From: Aureliella sp.
GTDB lineage: Bacteria; Planctomycetota; Planctomycetia; Pirellulales; Pirellulaceae
Direction: 5' to 3'
Assembly (NCBI GenBank): GCA_963691875.1
Contig: OY829846.1
Location: 1,376,001-1,440,000 of the forward strand
Length of the DNA: 64,000 nt
Part shown: piece after piece, positions 40,305-50,531 of the stretch
Numbering within the stretch: the stretch's first letter is position 1
Layout of the letters: each line of letters starts with the position of its first letter
The notes under the pieces: generated by a model
Told to the model about the DNA's origin: nothing
Databases searched by the model: none
What the model saw: only the letters and a program-made list of their open reading frames with translations
Translations under genes and position numbers: made by a program

Positions 40305-41096
40305 ATGCGGAACCATATAGCCAACGTTGCCTTTTTCGGGCTTCTAGTGACCTGCGCCTTTACTGAGCTTGTCGGTCAAGAACCGCAGTTCGAAATTCGC
40401 AAACTCCCGCAGGAGATTGTGGATGACTCCAAGTTTCTACAGCCAGAGTACTTGCAGCTAGTTCCCAGTGACCTCGAAACGCCGCAAAAACTACCGCTTG
40501 TCGTCTTCTTACATGGCTCTGGCGGTCGCGGTGACGATGTGAAACGCGTGGGAAGGATCGCTAGCGGCTCTCTTCGCTATTTGCAAAAGTACGCGTCAGA
40601 GCCATTTCTGTTCGTTGCGCCACAATGCAGTCGTGGAACGAAGGAAGAGATGGGTATTTGGCAAGCGAAAGATCTAGACCTTTGGCTTGAGCAGGTGAAA
40701 AAGCATCTGCCGGTCGACGCAAAGCGGATTTACTTAACCGGCAACAGCATGGGAGGCTACGGCAGTTGGGTCTGGTCCGCACAATCGCCCAAGACTTTTG
40801 CAGCAGTGGCACCCATCGTTGGGGGCTTGGGGCAAGGCGGTCCAAAGGACGTTTCAGCGGATTTGAAACAATGGGCTGAGAACTTGAAGGACACTCCGAT
40901 CTGGGCATTTCACGGAGCAAAGGACAAAGTGGTTCCGGCCGAGCGATCCGAGAGAATGGTCAAACTACTGAAGGAAGCTGGCAGCTCGAAAGCGAAGTTG
41001 ACGATCTTTCCCGACGAAGGCCACGGTGCCAGTCGCAAAGTTTACAACACAGACGCTATGGCCAAGTGGATGTTCTCTCAGCGGCGACCGAAGTAG
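40305..41096 (+). CDS. Secreted alpha/beta hydrolase (carboxylesterase/peptidase S9-like)
   Basis: PLVVFLHGSG, GNSMGG nucleophile elbow, FHGAKDKVVP, EGH. Confidence 0.88.
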   Translation: MRNHIANVAFFGLLVTCAFTELVGQEPQFEIRKLPQEIVDDSKFLQPEYLQLVPSDLETPQKLPLVVFLHGSGGRGDDVKRVGRIASGSLRYLQKYASEPFLFVAPQCSRGTKEEMGIWQAKDLDLWLEQVKKHLPVDAKRIYLTGNSMGGYGSWVWSAQSPKTFAAVAPIVGGLGQGGPKDVSADLKQWAENLKDTPIWAFHGAKDKVVPAERSERMVKLLKEAGSSKAKLTIFPDEGHGASRKVYNTDAMAKWMFSQRRPK

Positions 41097-41281
41097 TTGT
41101 CTCGTTCTGGTGCTATTGACGTCGTCCGACTCCGGCGTAGCCCGTGCTCTATCTTCGATGCGACCTGAATTTTGGCTAACATGAAGCTGTGGATTCTCCA
41201 AGATTTCGAGCGGACGGAAGGACTACCAGCCGTTCGCAAATGCTACCGCCTGCAAAACAATCTGCTTGCTAAGAACGACGC

Positions 41282-42295
41282 ATGCGAAATCCGCTGGTCA
41301 AATACTCCATCAACGCCCTCAAAATCCTGATTCCACTCGGTATCTTTGCCTATCTACTGTGGCAAGTTGACTCGGAAGATTACCGGATTTTTTGGCAACA
41401 AACCAAACGCTGGGAGCTCTTGTTGCTAGCGGTCGGCACGGCCTTTACCAGCATTCTGCTTAGCTTTTTCCGTTGGTATTTGCTGGTGCGGGCGTTTCGA
41501 ATTCCGTTCAGCGTTCTGGAAGCATTTCGCCTTGGCTTCATTGGCTACCTGTTAAACTTCGTTTCCTTTGGAAGCGTCGGAGGTGATGTTTTCAAAGCGA
41601 TCTTGGTAGCCAAAGATCATAAGGAACATCGCCCCGAAGCAGTTGCTTCCGTTTTGCTCGATCGTGCAATTGGCCTGCTGGGGCTGGTTATCTTGGCAAC
41701 CATCGGCCTGACCATCTTTGCCAGCGATTCGCTATCGACCATTATGCTCGGCATCCGCAACTCCGCCGCTGTCGTCGCTGTGGCTTCCATCCTGGCATTG
41801 ACTGCGGCCATGTATCTGGGCAGCTTCTACGAACGTATTATTGCAATCGTAGAAAAGCTACCTGTGCTCGGCGAACCGGTGGGGCGAATGGCGCGAGCAG
41901 TTCGTTTGCTACGTCGAAACCCTTTTCAAGTAGTGGTACTCGTTTTGCTGGCTGTTGTCGTCCACGCACTTATCACAAGTGCAGTATTTCTAATATCCTG
42001 TGGCGTGTATCAGGAGCGGCCGACTCTGCATGAGCATTTGCAAGTGGTTCCGCCTGCAATGGCCGCTGGCACTCTGCCGCTGGCGCCCGGTGGAATGGGC
42101 TACCAAGAAGGCGCGTTGTCGGTGCTATTCAAGGAGCTGCAGAGCCTTCCAAATGGCTTTTCAGGAATCTTGGTTGCCACGATCTACCGCCTGTTCACTC
42201 TATGCATCGCTGGCGTAGGTTTGATCTTCTATTTGGTCAGCCCAGTCCCAATTCGAGAGTTGGATGGTATAGCCGAAGAGGCACGAGAGAAATAG
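41282..42295 (+). CDS. Lysylphosphatidylglycerol synthase TM-like (UPF0104 flippase-like) protein
   Basis: RW..L, GSVGGDVFKA, SVLLDRAIGL, PLAPGGMGYQEG, YRL. Confidence 0.88.
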   Translation: MRNPLVKYSINALKILIPLGIFAYLLWQVDSEDYRIFWQQTKRWELLLLAVGTAFTSILLSFFRWYLLVRAFRIPFSVLEAFRLGFIGYLLNFVSFGSVGGDVFKAILVAKDHKEHRPEAVASVLLDRAIGLLGLVILATIGLTIFASDSLSTIMLGIRNSAAVVAVASILALTAAMYLGSFYERIIAIVEKLPVLGEPVGRMARAVRLLRRNPFQVVVLVLLAVVVHALITSAVFLISCGVYQERPTLHEHLQVVPPAMAAGTLPLAPGGMGYQEGALSVLFKELQSLPNGFSGILVATIYRLFTLCIAGVGLIFYLVSPVPIRELDGIAEEAREK

Positions 42296-42461
42296 CCGTC
42301 AAAATTAGTCCACCCTCTGCAGATACGATACAAACGGTATTCTCGGCATACGATGAAGTGGTGCTTGGAGCTAGAGTCGCTTCCGTGTCGGAAGCGGAGC
42401 ACAAGCTAGATTGTAGTGGGCTACGGTTCAAGGGGCCGTGTACACTTTTAAGCTCTGATCC

Positions 42462-44045
42462 ATGAATACGCCGCCGAATCAGCAACCTTTTCAGGGAATC
42501 ACCACAGCCTTCCTGAGATGGAATTGGATCTGGATCGCTTCCACCGCGCTCTGTTCAGTCGCGGGCCTGCTCTACGTTCAGCTTTTACAACCTCGTCAAT
42601 GGACCGCCACGCAGCGGTTGATCATCGATGAAGACCTCGGCGAGAAACTGCTCGACTTTGCAAGAAGCCCGGAATTCTTGGACTCCACCGCCAAGCAGAC
42701 TTCTCTGGAGTTTTCGCAGAATCGCAACGCTGCCATCGATGCTTCCAAATTGGAACTCCGTCTGACATGCGTTCCAGCTGAAGGCAGCGACGGATACCGA
42801 CGCGAAAGTTGTATAGCTGTTCAAGTCACCGCGAACTCCAAGCAGCAAGTAACCGACCTTGCAACGGAAGTGGCTAAAGCAGCAGAAAAACGTCTTCGCG
42901 AAGCTACGCGCAAGCGACTGGAAGAAGAAGCTGTGCGGAGTGAGCGTCTGGCTCAAGCGGTTGCGTCAGAACTAGAGACAGCAGAAAAGCTTCTCGCCGA
43001 ATTACCAATTCAAGCCGAGCAAGAACTCGGGATTGAGGTGAAGGATGTCGTGTGGTCAACAGGTGACTCTTCATTAAAACGCAGGTTGGATCGTATTCGC
43101 ATCGCCGCCGATCACCTGGAAGACCAGCGGTTGGCGCTGAAGCATGAACGGAAGCGGATCAAGCAGTTACTAGACAACCCCGCTGGCCTGCTGGAACAAC
43201 GCGTGTCGGAAAAAAGTCACAACGCCAAGCTGGCGGAGTTGCGAGGAGTATGGGCAACGTCCTTGATGCATATTACGGAGTTGCAGTCACGTTACACCGA
43301 AGCCCATCCGCTCGTGATCGCGGCTCGCGAAACGGAACGATCACTAGCAGCTCAAGTCAATGCAGAACTAGAAAGCGCCAGGGTATTGCTCGAAAAAGAA
43401 TTAAGTGCGAACCAAGCCGACATTGCGGCTATCGAGGAGGAGCAAGTCGAAGCAGTGCTTGCAATCGGGCAATTAAAGTCTTTTCTCGACCAGTACGCTG
43501 ATGCAATTGATCTTTCCAAGCACAAACGAGTGGAGCTTAGGACTGCGGAATCAGCAATCGCTTTAGCTCTTGCAAGACGAGAAGCCATAGCAACGGCAAG
43601 TTTGGTGACGTCGAAGGCTGCTCCGAAGCTTGCTGCAGTTGAGCCAGGCGTTGCAGGTTCTACGGTTGTCGCCGGAGCTACGCTATCAGGTCTCATTCTC
43701 GGATTCGGACTAATCCTTTTGTTCAAACCGCCGCATTCAAATCTGAAGCGAAGCCCAATAGAAGGGCCGCTGAGCACAGAGTTCCGGGCGGAAACTGAAG
43801 CTAACTCAAGCCCCACTTTATCTCGAAAATTTGAAGCGCAGGAAGAGTTAGTATTGAACGAATTGGCAGCAACAGTGACTGAGCTCTGGATCGCTAACGA
43901 CTCGAGTGCGATAGCTCAAGACACAAATTCCCCGGAAGAAACAAAAGAAAAGGAAGCAGAGCCGCAGCAACTGCCCGCAGAACTTGTGGGAGCGAGCACG
44001 ATGACATTCTCCGAAGAGGCGAATTCGCCACCGCAACCGAAATAA
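42462..44045 (+). CDS. Wzz/GumC-like polysaccharide co-polymerase
   Basis: Two TM helices flanking a long coiled coil; SRYTEAHPLV motif; no kinase domain. Confidence 0.7.
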   Translation: MNTPPNQQPFQGITTAFLRWNWIWIASTALCSVAGLLYVQLLQPRQWTATQRLIIDEDLGEKLLDFARSPEFLDSTAKQTSLEFSQNRNAAIDASKLELRLTCVPAEGSDGYRRESCIAVQVTANSKQQVTDLATEVAKAAEKRLREATRKRLEEEAVRSERLAQAVASELETAEKLLAELPIQAEQELGIEVKDVVWSTGDSSLKRRLDRIRIAADHLEDQRLALKHERKRIKQLLDNPAGLLEQRVSEKSHNAKLAELRGVWATSLMHITELQSRYTEAHPLVIAARETERSLAAQVNAELESARVLLEKELSANQADIAAIEEEQVEAVLAIGQLKSFLDQYADAIDLSKHKRVELRTAESAIALALARREAIATASLVTSKAAPKLAAVEPGVAGSTVVAGATLSGLILGFGLILLFKPPHSNLKRSPIEGPLSTEFRAETEANSSPTLSRKFEAQEELVLNELAATVTELWIANDSSAIAQDTNSPEETKEKEAEPQQLPAELVGASTMTFSEEANSPPQPK

Positions 44046-44176
44046 CCTGCATTCCCCCCGACGTGACGCGAGTTCTGCCCCATTCTGAACTTGCGAGTTT
44101 TCGCAATGCGTAGCATAACTGCTGGGAAGCGGACTCCAAGTGACATAATCGCTTTCGCAAAAACAATGGAAGCCCG

Positions 44177-44980
44177 ATGGTCGAAGTCGATCAACTCACC
44201 AAATCCTATCCTGATCTACAAACCGGGAAATTCGTGGCCTTGGACCATGTTTCCTTCAGCGTCGGCGAAGGCGAAATCTTCGGTTTGCTGGGGCCGAATG
44301 GTGCTGGTAAAACCACAGCGCTGCGGATCTTAAGTACCGTTCTGCAGCCTACAAGTGGAACTGCGTCGATCAACGGTTTTGACGTGACGAAGCATCCATA
44401 CGAAGTCCGTCACAGCATCGGCTTTGTTTCCAACAACACGGCGATTTACGAACGCATGACGGCCTGGGAAATGGTCGAGTACTTCGGCAAGCTCTACGGT
44501 CTTGAGCAGGAGCGACTCGAGCAACGCATGGAAACTGTTTTTTCACAGCTTCAAATGAACGAGATTCGCGATATCGCGGGTGCTCGCATGTCGACCGGGA
44601 TGCAACAGAAAGTCAACATTGCTCGAGCCATCGTGCATGACCCCCCGGTGCTGGTGTTCGACGAAGCCTCCCTAGGCTTGGATGTGTTGGTAGCTCGTGC
44701 CCTCCTGGAGATCATTTCGAAACTTCGTGACGAAGGAAAGTGTATTATCTTTTCGACGCACATCATGCGTGAAGTCGAACGCCTTTGTGATCGAGTAGGA
44801 ATCTTGCACCGTGGAAAGATGCTTGCCTACGGCACCCTAGCGGAGCTAGCGGCCCAAGAGCAAGAGTCGGATTTCGAGGAACTCTTCTTCCGCATGTTAA
44901 AGAATTCCGACGCGCAGCGTGAGGCTGCGGAAGGCGACAAGAATTTCGTCAAGACCGTCAGCTTGTGGGGGAACTCATGA
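44177..44980 (+). CDS. ABC transporter ATP-binding protein, NatA-like
   Basis: GPNGAGKTT Walker [10 protein letters not shown] signature; [13 protein letters not shown]. Confidence 0.92.
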   Translation: MVEVDQLTKSYPDLQTGKFVALDHVSFSVGEGEIFGLLGPNGAGKTTALRILSTVLQPTSGTASINGFDVTKHPYEVRHSIGFVSNNTAIYERMTAWEMVEYFGKLYGLEQERLEQRMETVFSQLQMNEIRDIAGARMSTGMQQKVNIARAIVHDPPVLVFDEASLGLDVLVARALLEIISKLRDEGKCIIFSTHIMREVERLCDRVGILHRGKMLAYGTLAELAAQEQESDFEELFFRMLKNSDAQREAAEGDKNFVKTVSLWGNS

Positions 44981-47301
44981 ATTGGCGTCACATACAACTT
45001 ATCTTCCAACGCGAAATGAGTGATCAGCTACGCGATCGGCGAACGCTGTTTACCATCACAATCTTGCCGTTGTTACTTTATCCCTTCATTGGGATGTTGA
45101 TGACGCAAGTCGCGCAATTCAAACGCGACAGTTCGGTAAGCATTCAAGTGTTTGGGCTCGAGAATTGGCCCAAGCAACTTCCATTGCTTGACGAAAATGG
45201 TGAATTGCAAGTGCGTCCGGGAATGGAATCGCTTGTGAAAGGCGTGACCTTTGACCCTTACGACGGCAGCGAGACGGATCGCGAAGCGTTGGAAAAACTC
45301 GCGAAGGAATCGATAGATAAAGACCGCTACGATCTCGTGCTTTTCGTTGAGGAGAATTTCCGCGAAAAGCTTACCAAACGGCTTAAAGCAGATGAGTCGG
45401 CGTCTTCCGAAAGCCTGAGTGCCGGCGAGCTACCAGATCAATCCGCTGCAGAGGATACGGCTACAGACCCGAGTGTCGAAAATCTCGCAGCAGAGGACAC
45501 TCCTTCACAGGAAGTCTTGGCGGACAAGGAGGAAGCCGAACGAAGTCTCTCGAACGATGGCCTGAGCATTATTGCCAACTTAGCGCGTGACAAATCACAG
45601 CTCGCACAACGCCGACTCGGGGACGTGATTCGGATCTGGCAAAAAGAATGGACCAGCTTGCACCTTACAGATGCTGGCGTGAATCCCAAAGTCTTTGAGC
45701 CAATCAACCTACAAGCTACTGATACCGCACCAACTGCCGTGAAGAAGGCGATGTTGTGGGCCAAGATCCTGCCTTTTGTCATGTTGATCTGGGCACTTAC
45801 CGGGGCGTTCTACCCAGCAATCGACCTGTGCGCCGGTGAGAAAGAACGCGGCACATTGGAAACCTTGCTCTCAAGCCCTGCACGTCGACGCGAGATCGTT
45901 TGGGGGAAACTCGGAACTATCTTTGTGTTCAGTGTTGCAAGTGCTTTGCTGAATTTATTCAGTATGTATCTAACGGCTAGCTTAATCGTCAAACAGCTAG
46001 CCGCCGCCTCGCCGGGTCTACAAGAAGCACTCGGCCCGATGCCCTTCCATGCGCTCGGCTGGCTCTTGCTGCTGCTCATTCCCATGGCGGCGATCTTTAG
46101 CGCTCTCGCACTTGCAGTGGCCGCACTGGCGCGTAGTACCAAAGAGGGGCAATACTACTTGATGCCGCTGCTACTAGTGACCTTGCCGCTGGTCGCCATT
46201 CCGATGATGCCAAGTTTGGAAATGAACCTGGGAACGAGTCTGCTGCCAATCAGTGGCGCAATCTTCCTCATTCGAGCCTTCATTGAAGGTAGACTTGCCG
46301 AGGCCTTTGTGCACATGCCTTTTGTGCTTGGCGTCACAGCAACTTGTTGCTGGTTCTCCATTCGTTGGGCGATCAGGCAGTTTGAGAGCGAATCGGTTAT
46401 GTTCGCCGGCTCGGAGCGGTGGAATCTGCGACTGTGGGTTCACCATCTATGGCGAGATCGTGAAGACACCGCCACTCCGCCGGAAGCGATACTCTGCGGA
46501 ATCATCATTATTGTTGCATTGTTCTTCGGCCGAATCATGGCAGGAGCTGGAACACCTACGTGGCTGTTCATTGTTCAATCAACCATCGTGGTGCAGGTCG
46601 GTCTGATATTGACACCTTGCTTGCTGATGGCCACGCTTCTGACGAGATCGGTCAGGAAGTCGCTGCGTATTCACCGTCCGCAGACAAGTCACGTGCTTGC
46701 CGCGATTGCGCTCGGCTTTTGCATGCACCCGAGCTACATGTTGCTAGCCGAGGCTGTGACGCAAATCTATCAAGTTGGCGACGACACCAAAGCGGCTCTT
46801 TCTGGCTTCGAAGGCATCGTGACCTCCGCCCCTCTGTGGGGAGTAATCTGTGTCTTTGCCTTGCTACCTGCGCTTTGCGAAGAGACTGTGTTCCGCGGCT
46901 TCATCTTTGGCGGCCTGTTGCGTCAAAAAGGAGTGTTGAGAGCCATCATCGTGTCCGCACTCTTCTTTGGGTTTGTACACCCTGTTTTGCAGCAATCGAT
47001 CAGCGCTTGTTTTATGGGCGTGCTGCTTGGGTTTATCGCCTGGCGAACTGGCGGAATCATCTGCACCGTCATTATTCACGCGATCAACAACGCGCTAGGA
47101 ATAGGCTATGCCTGGCTTTCTGCCAACGACTACGAATTGCCACCTGCGCTCGCTTGGGCCATGCAAACTGAAGAAAGTGGTGCGTGGGGCTACACCGAAA
47201 CATGGGTCTTTATAAGTATGCTTCTCAGCATCGCTCTACTGTTCGTCATCGCTCGACGAAGCACAGAGACACAACGCTTCATACAAGCAGAGATGGCCTA
47301 A
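44977..47301 (+). CDS. NatB-like ABC-2 permease fused to a CPBP (Abi/CAAX) intramembrane protease
   Basis: [21 protein letters not shown]-terminal [13 protein letters not shown] and HAINN; ATGA overlap with the ATPase gene. Confidence 0.9.
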   Translation: MNWRHIQLIFQREMSDQLRDRRTLFTITILPLLLYPFIGMLMTQVAQFKRDSSVSIQVFGLENWPKQLPLLDENGELQVRPGMESLVKGVTFDPYDGSETDREALEKLAKESIDKDRYDLVLFVEENFREKLTKRLKADESASSESLSAGELPDQSAAEDTATDPSVENLAAEDTPSQEVLADKEEAERSLSNDGLSIIANLARDKSQLAQRRLGDVIRIWQKEWTSLHLTDAGVNPKVFEPINLQATDTAPTAVKKAMLWAKILPFVMLIWALTGAFYPAIDLCAGEKERGTLETLLSSPARRREIVWGKLGTIFVFSVASALLNLFSMYLTASLIVKQLAAASPGLQEALGPMPFHALGWLLLLLIPMAAIFSALALAVAALARSTKEGQYYLMPLLLVTLPLVAIPMMPSLEMNLGTSLLPISGAIFLIRAFIEGRLAEAFVHMPFVLGVTATCCWFSIRWAIRQFESESVMFAGSERWNLRLWVHHLWRDREDTATPPEAILCGIIIIVALFFGRIMAGAGTPTWLFIVQSTIVVQVGLILTPCLLMATLLTRSVRKSLRIHRPQTSHVLAAIALGFCMHPSYMLLAEAVTQIYQVGDDTKAALSGFEGIVTSAPLWGVICVFALLPALCEETVFRGFIFGGLLRQKGVLRAIIVSALFFGFVHPVLQQSISACFMGVLLGFIAWRTGGIICTVIIHAINNALGIGYAWLSANDYELPPALAWAMQTEESGAWGYTETWVFISMLLSIALLFVIARRSTETQRFIQAEMA

Positions 47302-47477
47302 GCTCGTTCTTGTTTGCCGCACGTAACGGAAATCGTCAACGTTACGCCCCGCCTGCGAAAGTCGCCGACCACCGGAAAAAACTCCTCGATCACTTCCCGA
47401 TCGCAGCGTCCACCACGACCTCCTCCTCAACTAGCAGCATGTTTCTTGAATTGCAGCCTGCATCCATTCGTTGCAAT

Positions 47478-48086
47478 TCATGCCGCTCTTCGGCGCCGCC
47501 ACAGAACACCCCCAAACAGCATGGCGAAGACTCCCAGAGAGGCCGGCTCTGGCGTCGACGCGTTGTTGCTAAACGCGTTGATGGAGTCCACGATGACGCC
47601 AGCTGATTCGGTAAAGTGGATCGATTCGAGAGGATCGGTGCCAATCCAGCCAATGAAAGTGGGGGTATGACTGGCAATGATAGAGGTCATATCCACACCA
47701 CTGGAATACCTGAACTCAATCGGCTGCGCAACCTGTACGTAGGTGGTAATCGCCAGAGCGTAGACGCCAAGTCCAGAACCTCCACCGCCAGTGATCGACA
47801 GCAACCCGGAACTACTACCGGCTTTCAGATAAACCTGGTCTTCCCCAATGAGAGATCCGTAGCTGCGGATCATGTTGGAGGAAGGTGAGCCATGTACTTC
47901 GCCACCGCCGCCTCCGATAGACAAAGTGTTCGGCACGTAGTCTGCCGCAAAGCCTTCGAAGTCTTCTGTCCAGGCTACATCCAGAGAGGACACGGCAGCA
48001 TCGAACGCAGACTGACTCGTCACGATCTCTCCAGCGTAAGCGGTCGTCGAAAAAACAACGACAAAGAACAGCACAACGACCTTCAT
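47478..48086 (-). CDS. PEP-CTERM sorting-domain protein
   Basis: Signal peptide MKVVVLFF...AYA; C-terminal TPEPASLGVFAMLFGGVLWRRRRAA. Confidence 0.9.
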   Translation of the reverse strand: MKVVVLFFVVVFSTTAYAGEIVTSQSAFDAAVSSLDVAWTEDFEGFAADYVPNTLSIGGGGGEVHGSPSSNMIRSYGSLIGEDQVYLKAGSSSGLLSITGGGGSGLGVYALAITTYVQVAQPIEFRYSSGVDMTSIIASHTPTFIGWIGTDPLESIHFTESAGVIVDSINAFSNNASTPEPASLGVFAMLFGGVLWRRRRAA

Positions 48087-48376
48087 ACTTTCACCCTGAA
48101 TAACGCTTACCAAGTCAAGGTAGTTGAATCGCGAAAAATGCTCAAGCAAATTGCAAAATTGCTATGTGGTTCCTGTGCTATTTACAGTTGGACTAGCAGA
48201 ATTGGGAAGCAAGAAGTGCCTGTTCAGTGCGAACCCTAAAAAACTTTCTGCCTTCAACCGCATTTGTAAATCGGATGAGCTTGTTGATTTAGCATTGAAG
48301 CTCAAAGAAAAAAGCGGATTTCTCCGGGCAGAACGAATATTAGACCGCAGAACTTAATCCCGTCCTCGCCAAACGC

Positions 48377-48451
48377 AACGACTAGCGGAATGAGAGATAC
48401 TCAAGACATCAGAGAAATGGCGAAGACTCGCCACAAACGAAGAAAGCGACG
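48377..48451. repeat. 75-bp direct repeat, copy 1
   Basis: 62/75 ungapped identity with 49004-49078 by hand count; 22-bp exact core GAGAGATACTCAAGACATCAGA. Confidence 0.9.
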
Positions 48452-48642
48452 ATCCGAACTTAATCGAACCGCCGCTTTTTCAGGACTTTAGAAACGCTAG
48501 TCCTAGGCTCTTTCCCATAGGCACGTTAGAGCCAGCCAACCCAGAGCGAACAACGCTAGCACCTGTGGAGCTTCTATGATTTAAGGCAGGTGGTAGGCGG
48601 TACAATCTGAATAGCTTATTTCCATTGCTAGACCGCCTCGTT

Positions 48643-48864
48643 CTATGGCCGCGTGGACACGCTCTTCTCTCCGCATTTCCGGCATAGATACCTCTGTGCA
48701 TCGCGATAACCCTGTTCCTTTTTTCTCTCAGCCGCTAACTCCTCTTCGCGTTGTGCCTCGGTCATCTCTTCACGCGCGTTTTGCGCTAATTCACTACTTA
48801 AGCCAACGAGGATAAAAAAAAACGACGGACCAAAACCAAGCGTATATACCAATAACCATTCCAT
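48643..48864 (-). CDS. Small membrane-anchored protein with a CxxC motif, possibly truncated
   Basis: GGAAAAG upstream of ATG; hydrophobic N-terminus, charged helix, CRKC near the stop. Confidence 0.45.
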   Translation of the reverse strand: MEWLLVYTLGFGPSFFFILVGLSSELAQNAREEMTEAQREEELAAERKKEQGYRDAQRYLCRKCGEKSVSTRP

Positions 48865-49003
48865 CTTTCTTTTCCGTTCGCTGTCAGCTCTCTGATACCA
48901 CCCGCCGACGGTTTGCTACACGCGAAAGGCCGATAGAAGGGCCTAGAACGTAACCGCCGGCGGGCTTGGTTGTGTTTGTGATCGTAGCGTGTAGCACGAA
49001 TAG

Positions 49004-49078
49004 AACGACTGGCGAAAAGAGAGATACTCAAGACATCAGACAGATGGCGAAGATTCGCCACAACGCGAAATTGCGACG
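49004..49078. repeat. 75-bp direct repeat, copy 2
   Basis: See copy 1; the TGGCGA-N4-TCGCCA hairpin is conserved in both copies. Confidence 0.9.
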
Positions 49079-49418
49079 GCCGTAGGAACAAAAGGGCATA
49101 GGTTCCGGGCACAAAAAGACCGGCATACCACCTGGATATTGGGGATCGTCGGCCTGTGTGGTCTCTTGCTTCTTTAGGCTGCCTAGGTAGGGCTGCGGGC
49201 TAGCTTATGTGTCCTAGGCCCCGAATATTGAAATACGATAATGTATGTGTCCCGTCCTCCTTGTATGCCTAGGACTTGCTCTAAGGGCCTCTCGGGAATG
49301 TTCGCTAATATGCCCCAAATAGTGGGCAAAAGTATTTGCTAAGTCTCGTTTAAACAGAGGGAACGCCTCAGTCGTTAGGCGGTGCTCATGTGTTTTAGAT
49401 CGACCGCCAGGGCCAGTA

Positions 49419-49634
49419 ATGGCAGCCACTACCCTTAGCCCCTGCTGTATAGAGATTTCGTTCTTTCCAATATGCGGTATTTCGTTCTGGCTGATGCCCC
49501 TCCTAACCGGGGAGATAAAGGTTGGCGATGATGGCGTTCAGGGAACTGACGCGTTGAGGGCGGGTATCGCGCTCATCGTCGGTAACGCTGGTGCTTTGTA
49601 CTGTATCGCGATTATTGGTTCCAGAAAGAAATGA
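49419..49634 (+). pseudogene. Possible remnant of a small membrane-protein cassette gene
   Basis: Two hydrophobic stretches and a basic C-terminus; lies just upstream of the attC-like site. Confidence 0.3.
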
Positions 49635-49742
49635 CGCCTTCGTCGCAGAGTTCAGAAGCGGATAGCTGAGAGCGATTAGGTCCAACGTACTTGCTCAGTC
49701 AAGCGTGGCAGCAAGATTACCTCTTAGCACCTTTGGAATGCC

Positions 49743-49833
49743 GGATAACAATGTGATGCATTCGCAGCTTGGCTTGCTCGAGAGTTCTGCTTGCAAGATT
49801 GTGGTGCCGGCTCCGTGATCACTGCCGCCATCC
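49743..49833 (+). mobile_element. Degenerate integron attC-like recombination site
   Basis: GGATAAC (R'') and GTGAT[G]CAT pair with GTGATCAC and GCCATCC (R', expected GTTATCC); one extrahelical base. Confidence 0.55.
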
Positions 49834-50039
49834 CGCGCAATCGAATGCCGTTTGGTAAGTCAGAATCGCAAGGGGCCGGGGACGCTAGAGATTTCCATAC
49901 TGACGCCGATCAACTTAACGAACGTTTACGCCAGTGGTTTACGGCGATGCAGCGTGAAGGCCAAATCCAACGTAGCAACTGAAAAACCTAGGGACAATTG
50001 CAGCGGCAGGCCCGAGAAAGACGCCTCAGGGTATCTAAG

Positions 50040-50073
50040 AAAAAAGCCCTAGACCCTTATGGAGGTCAGGACT
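50040..50073 (-). terminator. Terminator downstream of tRNA-Val
   Basis: Minus strand AGTCCT-GACC...GGTC-T-AGGGCT followed by a T run. Confidence 0.65.
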
Positions 50074-50080
50074 AATGAAG

Positions 50081-50154
50081 TGGGCGGTAGAGAATTCGAA
50101 TCTCCGACCTCCACGATGTCAACGTGGCGCTCTAACCAACTGAGCTAACCGCCC
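50081..50154 (-). tRNA. tRNA-Val(GAC)
   Basis: GGGCGGTTAGCTCAGTTGGTTAGAGCG; anticodon arm CCACG-TT-GAC-AT-CGTGG; T-loop TTCGAAT; ACCGCCC-A 3' end. Confidence 0.96.
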
Positions 50155-50531
50155 TTCTTCGAAAACCTCTCACGATCGGGAAAATGAGTCGCGAGAAATA
50201 TTCTATCGAATGAGAGACCACAGTTTCTTGAATTGGGTTCGTTCGTCAAGGAGGGGAGATTCCGCTTTCGGTACGGATTTTAGCGATTGGCAGAATGTTT
50301 TGCTGTAGTGGGTAATTTTTCTGAGGTTGGAGGCTCAGCTTGGATTGGGGGACATGGACTGCAGGTGAATCCACTTCCAGATCCCAAGCAACTGGATTCT
50401 CAAGGCTGCTTTCTGCGGCTTCGCGTCCCTACTCGTGGCTTTTCGGCTCGAGTCGAACTTCGCAAAGTTCAGCCAGTGGCATTCCGGCCAGCGGCTCACG
50501 AACGATCGTGTTTGACTGAATTACGGCAAAT

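Noticed and set aside
48377..49078. CRISPR array or type I toxin-antitoxin interpretation of the direct repeat
   Set aside because: Only two 75-bp copies 627 bp apart and no cas genes. The 32-aa minus-strand peptide through copy 2 (MPVFL...WRIFAICLMS) has no start codon in copy 1.
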